A stretch of 64,000 nt of DNA from positions 2,871 to 66,870 of the IMG/VR virus record IMGVR_UViG_3300011336_000135, one strand, 5' to 3'. Source of the stretch: a virus (lineage: Duplodnaviria; Caudoviricetes). Below the pieces are notes generated by a model. The model made no database searches. It was given only the letters and a program-made list of their open reading frames with translations, and had not been told where the DNA came from. The position numbers were made by a program, and so were the translations under genes. Shown here piece after piece: positions 46,279 through 55,497 of this stretch; the first letter of the stretch is position 1; the number at the start of each line of letters is the position of its first letter.

Positions 46279-48702
46279 TTATTGCCCCTTTGGTTGTTGC
46301 CGTTGTGCAGCCTTCATGGCCTGCGCCTGCATCTGCTGCCGAATCTTTTGCTGGTGCATCTGCTCCTTGTGGCTCAACTCCTGCTGCGCCTTTGCGGCCT
46401 TGAACCGTGGGTCTTCGCCCTGGTTTTTCCGGGCCTCAAGCGCCAAGCGAGCCTGTTCGATCTGCAGCTTGCCTTGCGCGATCTGGAAGTCGCGCTGGCT
46501 GTCAGCTTCCTTACGGCGAAGCTCCTCGGCCTTCAACTGCAGTTCAGCCTGCTTCATCTGTACCTCAGGGTTCTGCGCCATCTGCTGTGCTTGCGCCTGC
46601 TGAGCCTTCTGCACGTTGCCCTGCAACAACTGCTGCGCTGCCTGGGCTACCAGACGCGACAACTGCACTTCAGTCTGCTCGTCAAGCTCCTGATCTGGCG
46701 CGGTCATCGGCACACCAAGCTGCTCCTCGATCTGCTGACGGTATGCGAACGCCATGTGCTCTGCGATGTGGGACATCACGGCACCCTGCATCTGCTGCGC
46801 CATCGGACTCTGCCCGATCATCTGCATGATCATGGGGTCCTGCATCAGCGACATATGCGTAGCAATGTGTGCTTGGTGATCTTGGTAGATGAACGCCTTG
46901 GTCGGCTTGCCGGTCAGGAAGCTCATGTTCTCTGACACAGGATCACGCGGCTTCTGATCACCCTCAACGGGCACCAGCCGTTCAGCGTTCTTGATCCCCA
47001 GCACCTCCAGCATCTGCCGGTGCAACTGGGGTAGGTCATAGATCTGCGGAGCGCCTTGTGCGAGTTGAAGCGCAGCTTGGTACTGCATGATCCGCTGAGC
47101 CATCGTGGCTGCGTTCGGATCACTGACCGGGATGACTTCTACGATGTCGTAATCGGCTTGCTTGACCGCACGGTCACCACCTTCCGGGGTATACGGGTAG
47201 TCCGTTGGCAGGAAGTCGCGGATGATCTCCTTCAGGAGCTTGAACTCCATACGGAGCGAGGCGTGGACTCGCGCCTGGACAGCACTCATTGTCTTGAGTT
47301 GACGCTCAAGGATAGCCAGCGTGGTGCCCACCGGGGCCTGGGCGCTCATGTCCGAGACCTTCAGGTCTGCAATCGCAGCGAGCCGGCGTCCGTCTTCCGT
47401 GATCTGCTGCAGCAGCGCGGCCAGCACTTGGCTCGGCTCCTTGTACGGCAGGGGCATGATGTTGTCCCTGACCGATCCGCTGGGGATGTCCACATCCCTG
47501 AACTCGCCCGGAGCAATAGGCGTGTCATCGCCCTTGATCCGCAGACCACGGCTCTTCAGGCCACCGGGCAGGTTGGACAGGGTTCCAGCATCAACCAATT
47601 GGCGGATGATGGAAGTGCCAGCGCGAGCATAACCACCAATAAGGTGGATATAACCCAGACCATAAGCGCCAAAACCAGGGATATAGGTGTACTGGACGAA
47701 GTGCTGTCGCTTGAGCTTCTTTTCGTCGTCTTCCGACCAATTACGGCGGATTGCCAGAACCTCATTGGTCCCGCGCTCAATCGTGATGACATACGGCAGG
47801 GGAATCTCATCTTCGTATCCCGGCAGGTCCATGTCCACATGGATCTCTAGGATCTGATACCGGTCGTCATCCGTCAAGGAGTAACCTTGCTCCTCGGCCT
47901 TTTTCTTTTCAACGTCCGTCAGGATGCGGGTCGGCTCCCCCAGGTCCACCTCGCGGTAGAACCCAGCCACCTGCAGTTTCTTGATCTCGTTCTCCGTCTT
48001 GCGCATGACATGCGTCACACGCTCAGCGGTGTACACGTTGCTTGCCCCGTAGGGCATGATCAGGTCTTCAGCAGGCACGAACGGAGCGGCGGGCAGTTCC
48101 GTGCTCGGGTTCGGGTAGATCTTCTTGAACGCTGCCCCTGACAGCCCCAGGGAGTACAGCATCCGCTCGTGCTCTGAGCGGTAGTCGATCATCCGCTCGG
48201 TCAGCATGAAGTTCATATCGTCACGGACACGCTCGGCGGCTTCTTCTTTGAGCCGGTCGATGGCACCGATGATCTGCGTCTTGACGGGACCCTGAGCAGG
48301 GAAGGTCTCCGTGATCATCTCGCTTTGGAAGCGGATCGCAGCCTCCGTCAGGAGCGGGCTGTAGACGCCACAAGCACCCGACCAGGGCTCAGTGCGCTCT
48401 TCGTACTTCATGCCAAGGACTTCCAAGCCCTTGACGAACATTTCTGTCCAGTCTTTGCGACTGTTGATGTCTGCGTCTACGAGGGCCACGAGTTCCGAGG
48501 CAAGAGACTGCAGGGCGGAGCCATCCATGAACTCAGCCAAGTTTGCGTCGAAATCTTCAGCCGTAGGGGCTTCCGGCATCAAATCGATCTCAAGGCCATC
48601 CATTCCGATGCTGACGGCGTCAGGGTTCTCGATTTCAATCTCGATGGCTGGCTCGTCGCCCATGAGGGCAGGGTCAAGCGGCATCAGTGCGTTGTCAATC
48701 AT
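46279..48702 (-). CDS. Portal protein
   Basis: SRKDW...GLEVLG, EPWSGACGV, FKKIY, LPYKEPS; Gln-rich barrel-like C-terminus. Confidence 0.9.
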   Translation of the reverse strand: MIDNALMPLDPALMGDEPAIEIEIENPDAVSIGMDGLEIDLMPEAPTAEDFDANLAEFMDGSALQSLASELVALVDADINSRKDWTEMFVKGLEVLGMKYEERTEPWSGACGVYSPLLTEAAIRFQSEMITETFPAQGPVKTQIIGAIDRLKEEAAERVRDDMNFMLTERMIDYRSEHERMLYSLGLSGAAFKKIYPNPSTELPAAPFVPAEDLIMPYGASNVYTAERVTHVMRKTENEIKKLQVAGFYREVDLGEPTRILTDVEKKKAEEQGYSLTDDDRYQILEIHVDMDLPGYEDEIPLPYVITIERGTNEVLAIRRNWSEDDEKKLKRQHFVQYTYIPGFGAYGLGYIHLIGGYARAGTSIIRQLVDAGTLSNLPGGLKSRGLRIKGDDTPIAPGEFRDVDIPSGSVRDNIMPLPYKEPSQVLAALLQQITEDGRRLAAIADLKVSDMSAQAPVGTTLAILERQLKTMSAVQARVHASLRMEFKLLKEIIRDFLPTDYPYTPEGGDRAVKQADYDIVEVIPVSDPNAATMAQRIMQYQAALQLAQGAPQIYDLPQLHRQMLEVLGIKNAERLVPVEGDQKPRDPVSENMSFLTGKPTKAFIYQDHQAHIATHMSLMQDPMIMQMIGQSPMAQQMQGAVMSHIAEHMAFAYRQQIEEQLGVPMTAPDQELDEQTEVQLSRLVAQAAQQLLQGNVQKAQQAQAQQMAQNPEVQMKQAELQLKAEELRRKEADSQRDFQIAQGKLQIEQARLALEARKNQGEDPRFKAAKAQQELSHKEQMHQQKIRQQMQAQAMKAAQRQQPKGQ

Positions 48703-48717
48703 ATTGGTCCTTTAGTG

Positions 48718-50289
48718 TCAGTAATACGCCGCTGTTCGGCGGTAGGTTGGTTCGTCGCGCCGGTCTGACGGCAGTTGGATAAACCCACCTTGGCGGTATC
48801 TTGCAAGCACCATGCTGAGGCAGTCCACCAAGTCATCATGGGACCCGTAGGGGAACGCCACCGATTGCTCGATCACCTCTTCAGCCCACCGCCGCCCAGC
48901 GGGATACCACACCATACCTGAACGCAGGATGTCTGACACGGCATTCAGACGGGCGACCTTGTCTCCGGTGCCCCGGTGTGGGGTGAACTCCTGCACGGGT
49001 ATGCCCAGCCGCCGCAGTTCTTGGTACAGCGGCGTGCCGTTGGACTTCTTCTCCACGATGAACGCATCAGGCTCCCAGTCCTTCCACTCACGGATGGCAA
49101 GGTCCTTGAGTTCCGGGAACTCCACGCGGGTATTGATCGCGTTCAGCAGGATGATGTGCGGTGCGCCGTCTGTCAGGTTGTCGTCCGAGAACACACCGAA
49201 CGTCAGCAGGGCTGTGTAGTCCGAGCGGTTGGTCTTTTCTGCCGCTGCGTCCAGGGCCATGATGATGTACTCGCACTGGGGCGGGTCATCTTTCTCCCAC
49301 GGCTTCCACCAGTCACGTTGGATGATCGCACCTTGCTCCCCGGTGGGGCTCTGCATGTACTGCGCGTTCCACTGGTACGCAGGCATGGACGCTTTGGTGC
49401 GTTCCAGAGCATCGAGGTCAAATTTCTCAGGCCAGAGCGCCTTTTCGACGACCTTTTCTGGAGCTTCTGGGTCATCGGGGTTGTTGGCAGGAGTTTTCAC
49501 GGTCATGATCGCCGGAAACTCGAAAACCTCGTACTGATCAGCCTTCGGATTGTTGACACCGTCCTTTATCAGGTGCCCAATCAGGTCATCTTGGTGCCAA
49601 CGCGTGTGAATTACTGCAATTCGACCACCTGACATCAGACGGGTACGTGCACCGAAGGCAAACCACTGGTACGTTTTCTCCAACTCCTCGAAATTACCCG
49701 CCAGCAGGTCCTGTTCTGAGTGTGGGTCGTCAACAAGCAGCAGGTCAGCACCTCGTCCAGCCAATGCAGCACCTACACCGGTAGCGAAATACTCCCCGCC
49801 ACGGTTTGTTGACCAGCGTCCTGCAGACTTGGAGTCCTGGGCAAGGGTGATTTCGGGGAAAATCGAGACGTACTTCGGGTCTGCGATGAGATTTCGCACT
49901 TTTCGCCCGAAATCGACCGCCAAATCCCCCGTATGGGACACCATCAGCACCTTTTTGTCAGGGAATTTACCCAAAAACCACGCTGGAAACAGTGTACTGA
50001 CGAGGTGTGACTTGCCGTGACGGGGTGGAATTGACACCGCAATACGGTCTTTGTGTCCGTAGGCAATCTGTGTGAGTAGTTCAGCCAGCTTTTTGTGGTG
50101 TGGAGCCACGACATAGGTCGGGTCCATGTGTTTGCAGAAGTCCAATAGGCTGACTTGGCACAGTCTGGCGTGCTTACGCCGCTCCAACTCATCGATGACG
50201 ACGGCGATCTGAGCCTGCTCCTCAGGGCTGAAATGCCCGATATTGGCCGCGAGGGCTTCGATCTCCTGCTCGGTGAGGGTCTGCATCAC
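48718..50289 (-). CDS. terL: Terminase large subunit
   Basis: IPPRHGKS Walker A, LLVDDP Walker B; nuclease motifs LDAA, SDYTA, HDDLVD. Confidence 0.93.
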   Translation of the reverse strand: MMQTLTEQEIEALAANIGHFSPEEQAQIAVVIDELERRKHARLCQVSLLDFCKHMDPTYVVAPHHKKLAELLTQIAYGHKDRIAVSIPPRHGKSHLVSTLFPAWFLGKFPDKKVLMVSHTGDLAVDFGRKVRNLIADPKYVSIFPEITLAQDSKSAGRWSTNRGGEYFATGVGAALAGRGADLLLVDDPHSEQDLLAGNFEELEKTYQWFAFGARTRLMSGGRIAVIHTRWHQDDLIGHLIKDGVNNPKADQYEVFEFPAIMTVKTPANNPDDPEAPEKVVEKALWPEKFDLDALERTKASMPAYQWNAQYMQSPTGEQGAIIQRDWWKPWEKDDPPQCEYIIMALDAAAEKTNRSDYTALLTFGVFSDDNLTDGAPHIILLNAINTRVEFPELKDLAIREWKDWEPDAFIVEKKSNGTPLYQELRRLGIPVQEFTPHRGTGDKVARLNAVSDILRSGMVWYPAGRRWAEEVIEQSVAFPYGSHDDLVDCLSMVLARYRQGGFIQLPSDRRDEPTYRRTAAYY

Positions 50290-50903
50290 AAATCCGCGAG
50301 TACCTGGGCAGGGCGCAGCTTCATGGGCACATCAATCGGTGGCGCAATGATCCGAGCCTCTTCAGCGGCGTCTGTTCCCCGCAGCTTGCGCAGTTTCTCA
50401 CGCAGGGAGTTTTCCAACTCGACGGTACTGCGGTTGTTGACGGTGATTTCGGTGCGCTCGGTGAAGAGCCCCACATCGCTGACCTTACCCAGCAGTTCAA
50501 GAGCACGCATCCTGATGCGGGCGTCGGGATTGTCGGACTCGATGATGAGCTTGTTCGTGACGTAGTGACGCAGGCGCTTGGAATCCTTCACCACCTCCAT
50601 GTCGTAGGCAGTCAGGATGGAACTCACGTACATAGCCCCTATGGGGGTATTCACAGCCACGTTGACCTCCTCGACGGGCACAGTCTTGTTCTCCGCCACG
50701 CGGCGCAAAGCGTTCTGCGTGAGGGCTCGGACGAACTCACCGTCTTCGGGCATGTCGTGATACCCCTCTTTGTCCAGCAGAGCGGCTGCGCGTAAGGCAG
50801 CGTTGGCCTTCTCGCGCATCTCCTTGTACCCCACAGGCCCCTTCAGGGCACCGGCCTTGGTAGGCAGAGGTACGAACTCGTCAACTGGGCAGGGTATGGT
50901 CAT
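50286..50903 (-). CDS. terS: Putative terminase small subunit
   Basis: First late gene, overlaps terL; RMRALELLGK...GLFTERTEIT; start MTIPCPVDEF. Confidence 0.55.
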   Translation of the reverse strand: MTIPCPVDEFVPLPTKAGALKGPVGYKEMREKANAALRAAALLDKEGYHDMPEDGEFVRALTQNALRRVAENKTVPVEEVNVAVNTPIGAMYVSSILTAYDMEVVKDSKRLRHYVTNKLIIESDNPDARIRMRALELLGKVSDVGLFTERTEITVNNRSTVELENSLREKLRKLRGTDAAEEARIIAPPIDVPMKLRPAQVLADL

Positions 50904-50929
50904 GGCAGCACGGGAATCCCGGTGAGCGG

Positions 50930-50957
50930 AGTGTATCGTTAAATTTTTGCTGCGCAA
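50930..50957 (-). promoter_or_regulatory. Late operon promoter candidate
   Basis: Minus strand TTGCGC-N16-TACACT. Confidence 0.5.
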
Positions 50958-50997
50958 GGGGTGGTAGGAATCCTACCCGGGGGGTGTTCTGTATTTG

Positions 50998-51023
50998 AGG
51001 GGGGTGAGGTACCTCACCCCCCT
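50998..51023. repeat. Perfect 26-bp palindrome
   Basis: AGGGGGGTGAGGTACCTCACCCCCCT. Confidence 0.8.
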
Positions 51024-51161
51024 TTGTGTTTTTATTTGTGGGGCTTATCGTATTTTAATTGCGTTGTTGTGCTTTGGTGTGGGTGGAGTGTGTCAGAAAT
51101 ACAGCGCGAAGCGCGGCGCGAGGGACCCAACGCGCATATGGGGGCTCCGGGTAGGGTGGGC

Positions 51162-51178
51162 GTTATACACTGTATAAC
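51162..51178. promoter_or_regulatory. 17-bp palindrome, copy 1
   Basis: GTTATACA-C-TGTATAAC, 8 nt upstream of a -35 box. Confidence 0.65.
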
Positions 51179-51186
51179 AGAAAATG

Positions 51187-51214
51187 TTGACAGGTAACGC
51201 ATACATGTTACAGT
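51187..51214 (+). promoter_or_regulatory. Sigma70-like early promoter
   Basis: TTGACA-N16-TACAGT. Confidence 0.6.
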
Positions 51215-51263
51215 TCAACCACTGCACAAACCGTGCAGCATTCAACCCGATAGAGGTTTTATC

Positions 51264-51899
51264 ATGTCACAGAAAATTGATCTTTCCCCCGCAGCCCCCG
51301 CAGTATCTGATGCAGCATCGTCAGAGCATACCACCCGCGACAAGTGGTCTCGCGCTGGCAAGGGGCTTGCCAAGTGCCACCTGATGAGCGTAATGCTTGT
51401 CAAGCCTACAGAAGCAAAGCCGAACGATGCATTCGATCAGGATGCTTACGATCAAGTGCGCACCTTCATCATCCAAGGTGTGAGTGCAGCCAAAAAAGCT
51501 ATCACGTTTAACACCGTGCTCCCAGGTTCTATCAGTGCCGAATCCCCCAAGGGTTCAAATCGTTGGAGTGTGGCTGATCTTTTGGCACTCACGCGGGATC
51601 AATTGCGGGACATTGACGATGATGTTCTCAAGAACATGCGCAGGGAATACATGCAATTGGTGGACGGTACGATGATGTCCCGGATTCGCATGTACGTTGA
51701 CAAGGCTAACGGCGTGGAAGTGCAACGCGGAGCTAAGGGTAACGGCAAGGCTGAGGCTAAGTCTGAGGTTTCAGACCCTATCGTCACCATTCAGGGCTGG
51801 ATCAATCAGGCCACAAAAATGGTTGACGTTGCAGATGTTGACCGATTCCAGAATGCTGGACTCGAAATGATTGCCCTGATTCGCAAGATGCGCAAGTAA
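51264..51899 (+). CDS. Hypothetical early protein
   Basis: GAGG RBS; monocistronic between a promoter and a terminator. Confidence 0.75.
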   Translation: MSQKIDLSPAAPAVSDAASSEHTTRDKWSRAGKGLAKCHLMSVMLVKPTEAKPNDAFDQDAYDQVRTFIIQGVSAAKKAITFNTVLPGSISAESPKGSNRWSVADLLALTRDQLRDIDDDVLKNMRREYMQLVDGTMMSRIRMYVDKANGVEVQRGAKGNGKAEAKSEVSDPIVTIQGWINQATKMVDVADVDRFQNAGLEMIALIRKMRK

Positions 51900-51913
51900 C
51901 CTGACCGACACGA

Positions 51914-51943
51914 CCCCGCAGCCCCACGCTGCGGGGTTTTTTT
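51914..51943 (+). terminator. Intrinsic terminator
   Basis: CCCCGCAGC-CCCAC-GCTGCGGGG followed by seven T. Confidence 0.85.
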
Positions 51944-52070
51944 GTGCCTGTAGGGACCGGATGTCAAGAGTACGCGAGCGGCACGCCAGCACGCGAGTCG
52001 CAGCCCCCGCGCCTGTACGCGAGCCCGAACACGCTGCACACGCATTGCGCGAAGCCTTCGACGAAGCAAT

Positions 52071-52087
52071 GTTATACAGTGTATAAC
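52071..52087. promoter_or_regulatory. 17-bp palindrome, copy 2
   Basis: GTTATACA-G-TGTATAAC (reverse complement of copy 1). Confidence 0.65.
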
Positions 52088-52528
52088 AACGTATAGCGCC
52101 GACACCCGATCCCCACGAGTCCGCGAGGCAGGGCCGGGGTACGCGAGAGCAGCCGCCCGGATTGTTCCGTGTTCCGTTTCGTTCTACCCCTTTAAATATG
52201 TCTACTAAAGATAGATAGATACCCTAGTGTAGGAACTAGTCAACCACGAAGGTAGGGGGCTCTACCCCACGCATTCTCCTGAGCGGGAACTTGGGAACAC
52301 AACTCCTCCACCCCTCCGTAACCCCTTGTCGCACAACAACTTTTTCTGTTCCAGCACCCTAACTACACCGCCAAAAAACGATGTAAATTCCATACATCTC
52401 AACCCCGCCCCAAAGTAAAGCTCATATTAGGGTTTGTGTAATTATTTACACACGAAACTAACACGTTTGTAAGGTTTGTAAGAAAAAGTCTGTACATTAC
52501 ATACGACAGCCCACCCGCCAGCCGGGGC

Positions 52529-52557
52529 TTGACACCCCCAAACCCGCTAATTACGCT
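52529..52557 (+). promoter_or_regulatory. Sigma70-like promoter
   Basis: TTGACA-N17-TACGCT. Confidence 0.6.
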
Positions 52558-52605
52558 ACACTCAGAACGTGCTGTTCCGGCACGCCCCTGTAAGGACTTA
52601 ACACC

Positions 52606-53778
52606 ATGCGCTACCCCGACGCCAACACCCTCGTCCAGCATGTCATGCTGCAACTCAGCCCCAACGGTAAGCCCCGTGCCGTCTTCCGCCACAACGAGCG
52701 CAACCTCTCCACCTGCTGGGGCAAGGAAGTGCCCTACTGCATGGCCGATTTCCTCCGCACGGGCAAAGCCCCCGTGCTCGTCTTCGACAACTACATCGCA
52801 CCCCTCTCGATCTACGTCGATGCCCTGGAGGCCACACAAGACCTGCCTGTTGACACGCCACATCAGTACATCGGATACACCCCGGGGCCGCACGAGAAAG
52901 TCTGGACCCTGCTCGACAAAGACATGGCATCAACCATAGCGTCACAAGACACTCTGAAGATGTTGCAGCGTCACGCAACCACGAAGACCTACGAGCGGGT
53001 CAAGCAGGAGATGCCCGATGAGCGTCTGGAGCATGTGCTCACTGAAGTTGCCAATAGGATGAGCCGCACCCGTGCGCTGGTGCGCAAGATCTTGATCGAG
53101 GCCCAGGTCGAGCTGCCTGTGGAGCACAAGCCCGAGAAGCCGAAGGCTGTCGTGAAGCCGCACAAGTTCAGCACCGCGCTGGCGTTCAAGGGGCACTTTT
53201 CCATACTCACTGCCATCGCGCAGCAGTGCCGGGTCAGCGTGATTCAGCGCAGACGCAAGAACGCAGGAGAGCCCGAGCCGTGCTCGTTTTCGTTGGCTGA
53301 CCTGCATGACCCCACGGCGTTGGGCGGGTTCCCCATCCGCTGCCCGGTGCTGGGCGTCGAGTTGAACTGGGAGGAGAGCATGTCTTGGTACGCGCCCCGC
53401 GTGGGGCGGTACGACCCGAACGGGTTCTGTGTGTCGGGCAACATCGTCATCATGAGCAAACTCGCCAAGCGCATCACCGAGGGCTTGTCGGTGCGTAACT
53501 TGGAGGGGCTGCTGAAGCAGCACCCCTACGCTGGTACAGCGTTCAAGGAATGGGCTTCCAAACACCCGGTCCCCTCGGACCTAGCCACGCGCCTGCTACT
53601 CAACCTCCCGTACCACCCCCTGCCGCCTATGCCGACCATCGAGGAACAGCGTGAAGCCCAACAAGCAGGCTTCGACCGGTATCACAATCGGGTAGGAATT
53701 ACCGACACCGTGCCGACACTACCCAAGACGTTCAAGTCAGCGAAGGAGATATTGAGTGGTAATTGGGATGAGGATTGA
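52606..53778 (+). CDS. Hypothetical protein with a degenerate His-Me finger-like domain
   Basis: AAGGA RBS; RCPVLGVEL...RVGRYDPNGF...GNIVIMS..AK. Confidence 0.65.
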   Translation: MRYPDANTLVQHVMLQLSPNGKPRAVFRHNERNLSTCWGKEVPYCMADFLRTGKAPVLVFDNYIAPLSIYVDALEATQDLPVDTPHQYIGYTPGPHEKVWTLLDKDMASTIASQDTLKMLQRHATTKTYERVKQEMPDERLEHVLTEVANRMSRTRALVRKILIEAQVELPVEHKPEKPKAVVKPHKFSTALAFKGHFSILTAIAQQCRVSVIQRRRKNAGEPEPCSFSLADLHDPTALGGFPIRCPVLGVELNWEESMSWYAPRVGRYDPNGFCVSGNIVIMSKLAKRITEGLSVRNLEGLLKQHPYAGTAFKEWASKHPVPSDLATRLLLNLPYHPLPPMPTIEEQREAQQAGFDRYHNRVGITDTVPTLPKTFKSAKEILSGNWDED

Positions 53779-53811
53779 CACTAAACGGTACCGCTATCCA
53801 AGAACAATAAC

Positions 53812-53840
53812 TTGACATAGAGCGCTGAATGGCATATAAT
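53812..53840 (+). promoter_or_regulatory. Consensus sigma70 early promoter
   Basis: TTGACA-N17-TATAAT, a perfect match. Confidence 0.88.
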
Positions 53841-53845
53841 TATGT

Positions 53846-54300
53846 CTAGTCGGTTGGGAAATCAAACGACACGCTCTTTTACAAGTTGTTCTTGCACAAC
53901 GCCGTGAGGCGCTGTAGGCATAGTGTTCAGTCGCGCCGTGATCAACGGCGCTATCGTTTACGACAGGTGTTACTGCTGAGTCACATCAACCCGTGCGTGT
54001 CGCATCACGCAGTAAGAGGTCAGTGGCAGGTAGGAAGGTGAATGTATCCCCCTGCAAGGGTGCAGCACATCGTAAAGGGTCCGTAGCACTCCCTGCATAT
54101 CGTTTGGGGGTAAGAATCCCTCGACGGTACATATAACGCGCCGCATGGGGATGTGAACACGGGTTCGGAAATGACTCGCCCGTTGGATCGTCCCCTGCTT
54201 AAAGGGCATCTGAAAGACTACGCGCATTGCGTCGATGTGGTGCCTTTTAAGCAGTAATGATGCTGCGCCTGGGAGCAATGCTCCCTTAAAACCGGAGAGT
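53846..54300 (+). ncRNA. Candidate structured leader / ncRNA (~450 nt)
   Basis: No convincing CDS; multiple stems including a 14-bp helix 54195-54208/54241-54254. Confidence 0.5.
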
Positions 54301-54303
54301 TTT

Positions 54304-54591
54304 ATGGAGATCATCACCAACAACGTGCCACGCCCGATGCTGGCGCTCTATGAACTGCCTGCCGATATGCAGAAGGAGTTCGACTACGTGCTGCCCGACG
54401 ATGGCTCATGCCGCTTCGTCAAGTACAAGGGCTGCTGGATGGACTGCTTCGATATGCAGAGCATCGGTCGTGAGTTGGGCTTCGACCAGTTCAAAGGCTG
54501 GCATGGCATCGCATCCGATAGTTTCTTCAGCGGGACGTTGGTGCGTTTCGTAGACGACGATCAAGTGATTGTCGGTCGTTACTTTAGTTAA
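54304..54591 (+). CDS. Hypothetical early protein
   Basis: GGAG RBS; W.G..SDSFFSG..VR pattern. Confidence 0.7.
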   Translation: MEIITNNVPRPMLALYELPADMQKEFDYVLPDDGSCRFVKYKGCWMDCFDMQSIGRELGFDQFKGWHGIASDSFFSGTLVRFVDDDQVIVGRYFS

Positions 54592-54601
54592 CCGCAGTTA
54601 A
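54588..54601. promoter_or_regulatory. Palindromic operator-like repeat TTAAC-CGCA-GTTAA, copy 1
   Basis: Identical copies at 56364, 57796 and (inverted) 61063. Confidence 0.7.
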
Positions 54602-54611
54602 GGAGAAGAAC

Positions 54612-54773
54612 ATGATCACTGCCGAGCAGTACGAACAAGCCACGGGCAATAAGCCCGAGAACGACGACTTGGAGCGGTGCAACTGCCAACGTGCTGGCAC
54701 GCCCGGTCACTATAGCTGTGGGTGGAACCACCGCGCCAACCTGCCAGTCTTCATGGCTGGCCCTGAGGAGTAA
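54612..54773 (+). CDS. Small Cys/His protein (53 aa), not in ORF track
   Basis: AGGAG RBS; DDLERCNC..AG..GH.SCGW. Confidence 0.7.
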   Translation: MITAEQYEQATGNKPENDDLERCNCQRAGTPGHYSCGWNHRANLPVFMAGPEE

Positions 54774-54776
54774 GTC

Positions 54777-55043
54777 ATGCAAATCAAAACCGAAGAGTTT
54801 CTCCTGCCCGTGCACTGGGCTTGCTACCTCATCAACGGTGACGCCACCGGGTACGAGGACGATGAGTTCGAAGAGATCGAAGAGTGGGTGACACGCAACG
54901 CCCCGGGGCCATGTGTCGGCTGCGCCGACGAGTCCGCGCTAGGTCATGGTGATGACGGGGGCTTGCTGTGTGATCTTGCAGTGTTCACGTTTCAGGTGAT
55001 CGAGCCGCAGTTCGCGGATGGGGAGGTGGTGTCATGGATCTGA
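54777..55043 (+). CDS. Hypothetical acidic early protein
   Basis: WACYLINGDATGY...; coupled to its neighbours. Confidence 0.65.
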   Translation: MQIKTEEFLLPVHWACYLINGDATGYEDDEFEEIEEWVTRNAPGPCVGCADESALGHGDDGGLLCDLAVFTFQVIEPQFADGEVVSWI

Positions 55044-55312
55044 TAGGAATCGCACGGGCTTTCGCCAACGGCAAGGCAGGCCGCTGCCACAACGCACGAA
55101 CGGATGGGGTGACCTACACCCTGCACCAATCACCCATCGCAGTGCGTCAAGGGGACGCGGTGGTCTTCCACTGGCATGGGTTCTACACCACCAGCACGGC
55201 CAACCACATGAACCACATCCTGCGTGCGTTCGGTGCGGATTTCCGCGTGAGCTTCGCTCAGGCACGGGACACAAGACAAACTCATTTCGTTTTGGAACTG
55301 GAGAAGGTATGA
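55034..55312 (+). CDS. Hypothetical early protein
   Basis: GGAGG RBS; YTLHQSPIA...T.STANH.N. Confidence 0.65.
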   Translation: MDLIGIARAFANGKAGRCHNARTDGVTYTLHQSPIAVRQGDAVVFHWHGFYTTSTANHMNHILRAFGADFRVSFAQARDTRQTHFVLELEKV

Positions 55313-55497
55313 CTGAGACCGAATACTTTTTCGGGCCTGGGAGGTTTTTCTCCGAGCGCATCGAGCAATACGTTTCCCCCCTGGAGCTTCAGCGCCGGGA
55401 GCGTGTGGCAGTTGGCAGGATCTGTCGCTGCAATGACTGTTTTTGTTGTGAAGAAAGGAAGAACCATGACAAAGCACATCTGCCCGCAGTGCGGTGA
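55309..55497 (+). CDS. Small Cys-rich protein
   Basis: GGAG RBS and ATGA overlap; ICRCNDCFCC cluster. Confidence 0.5.
   Translation: MTETEYFFGPGRFFSERIEQYVSPLELQRRERVAVGRICRCNDCFCCEERKNHDKAHLPAVR

Noticed and set aside
53970-54323. 117-aa minus-strand ORF in the structured leader
   Set aside because: Antisense to the strong promoter, no RBS, and no protein-like motif.
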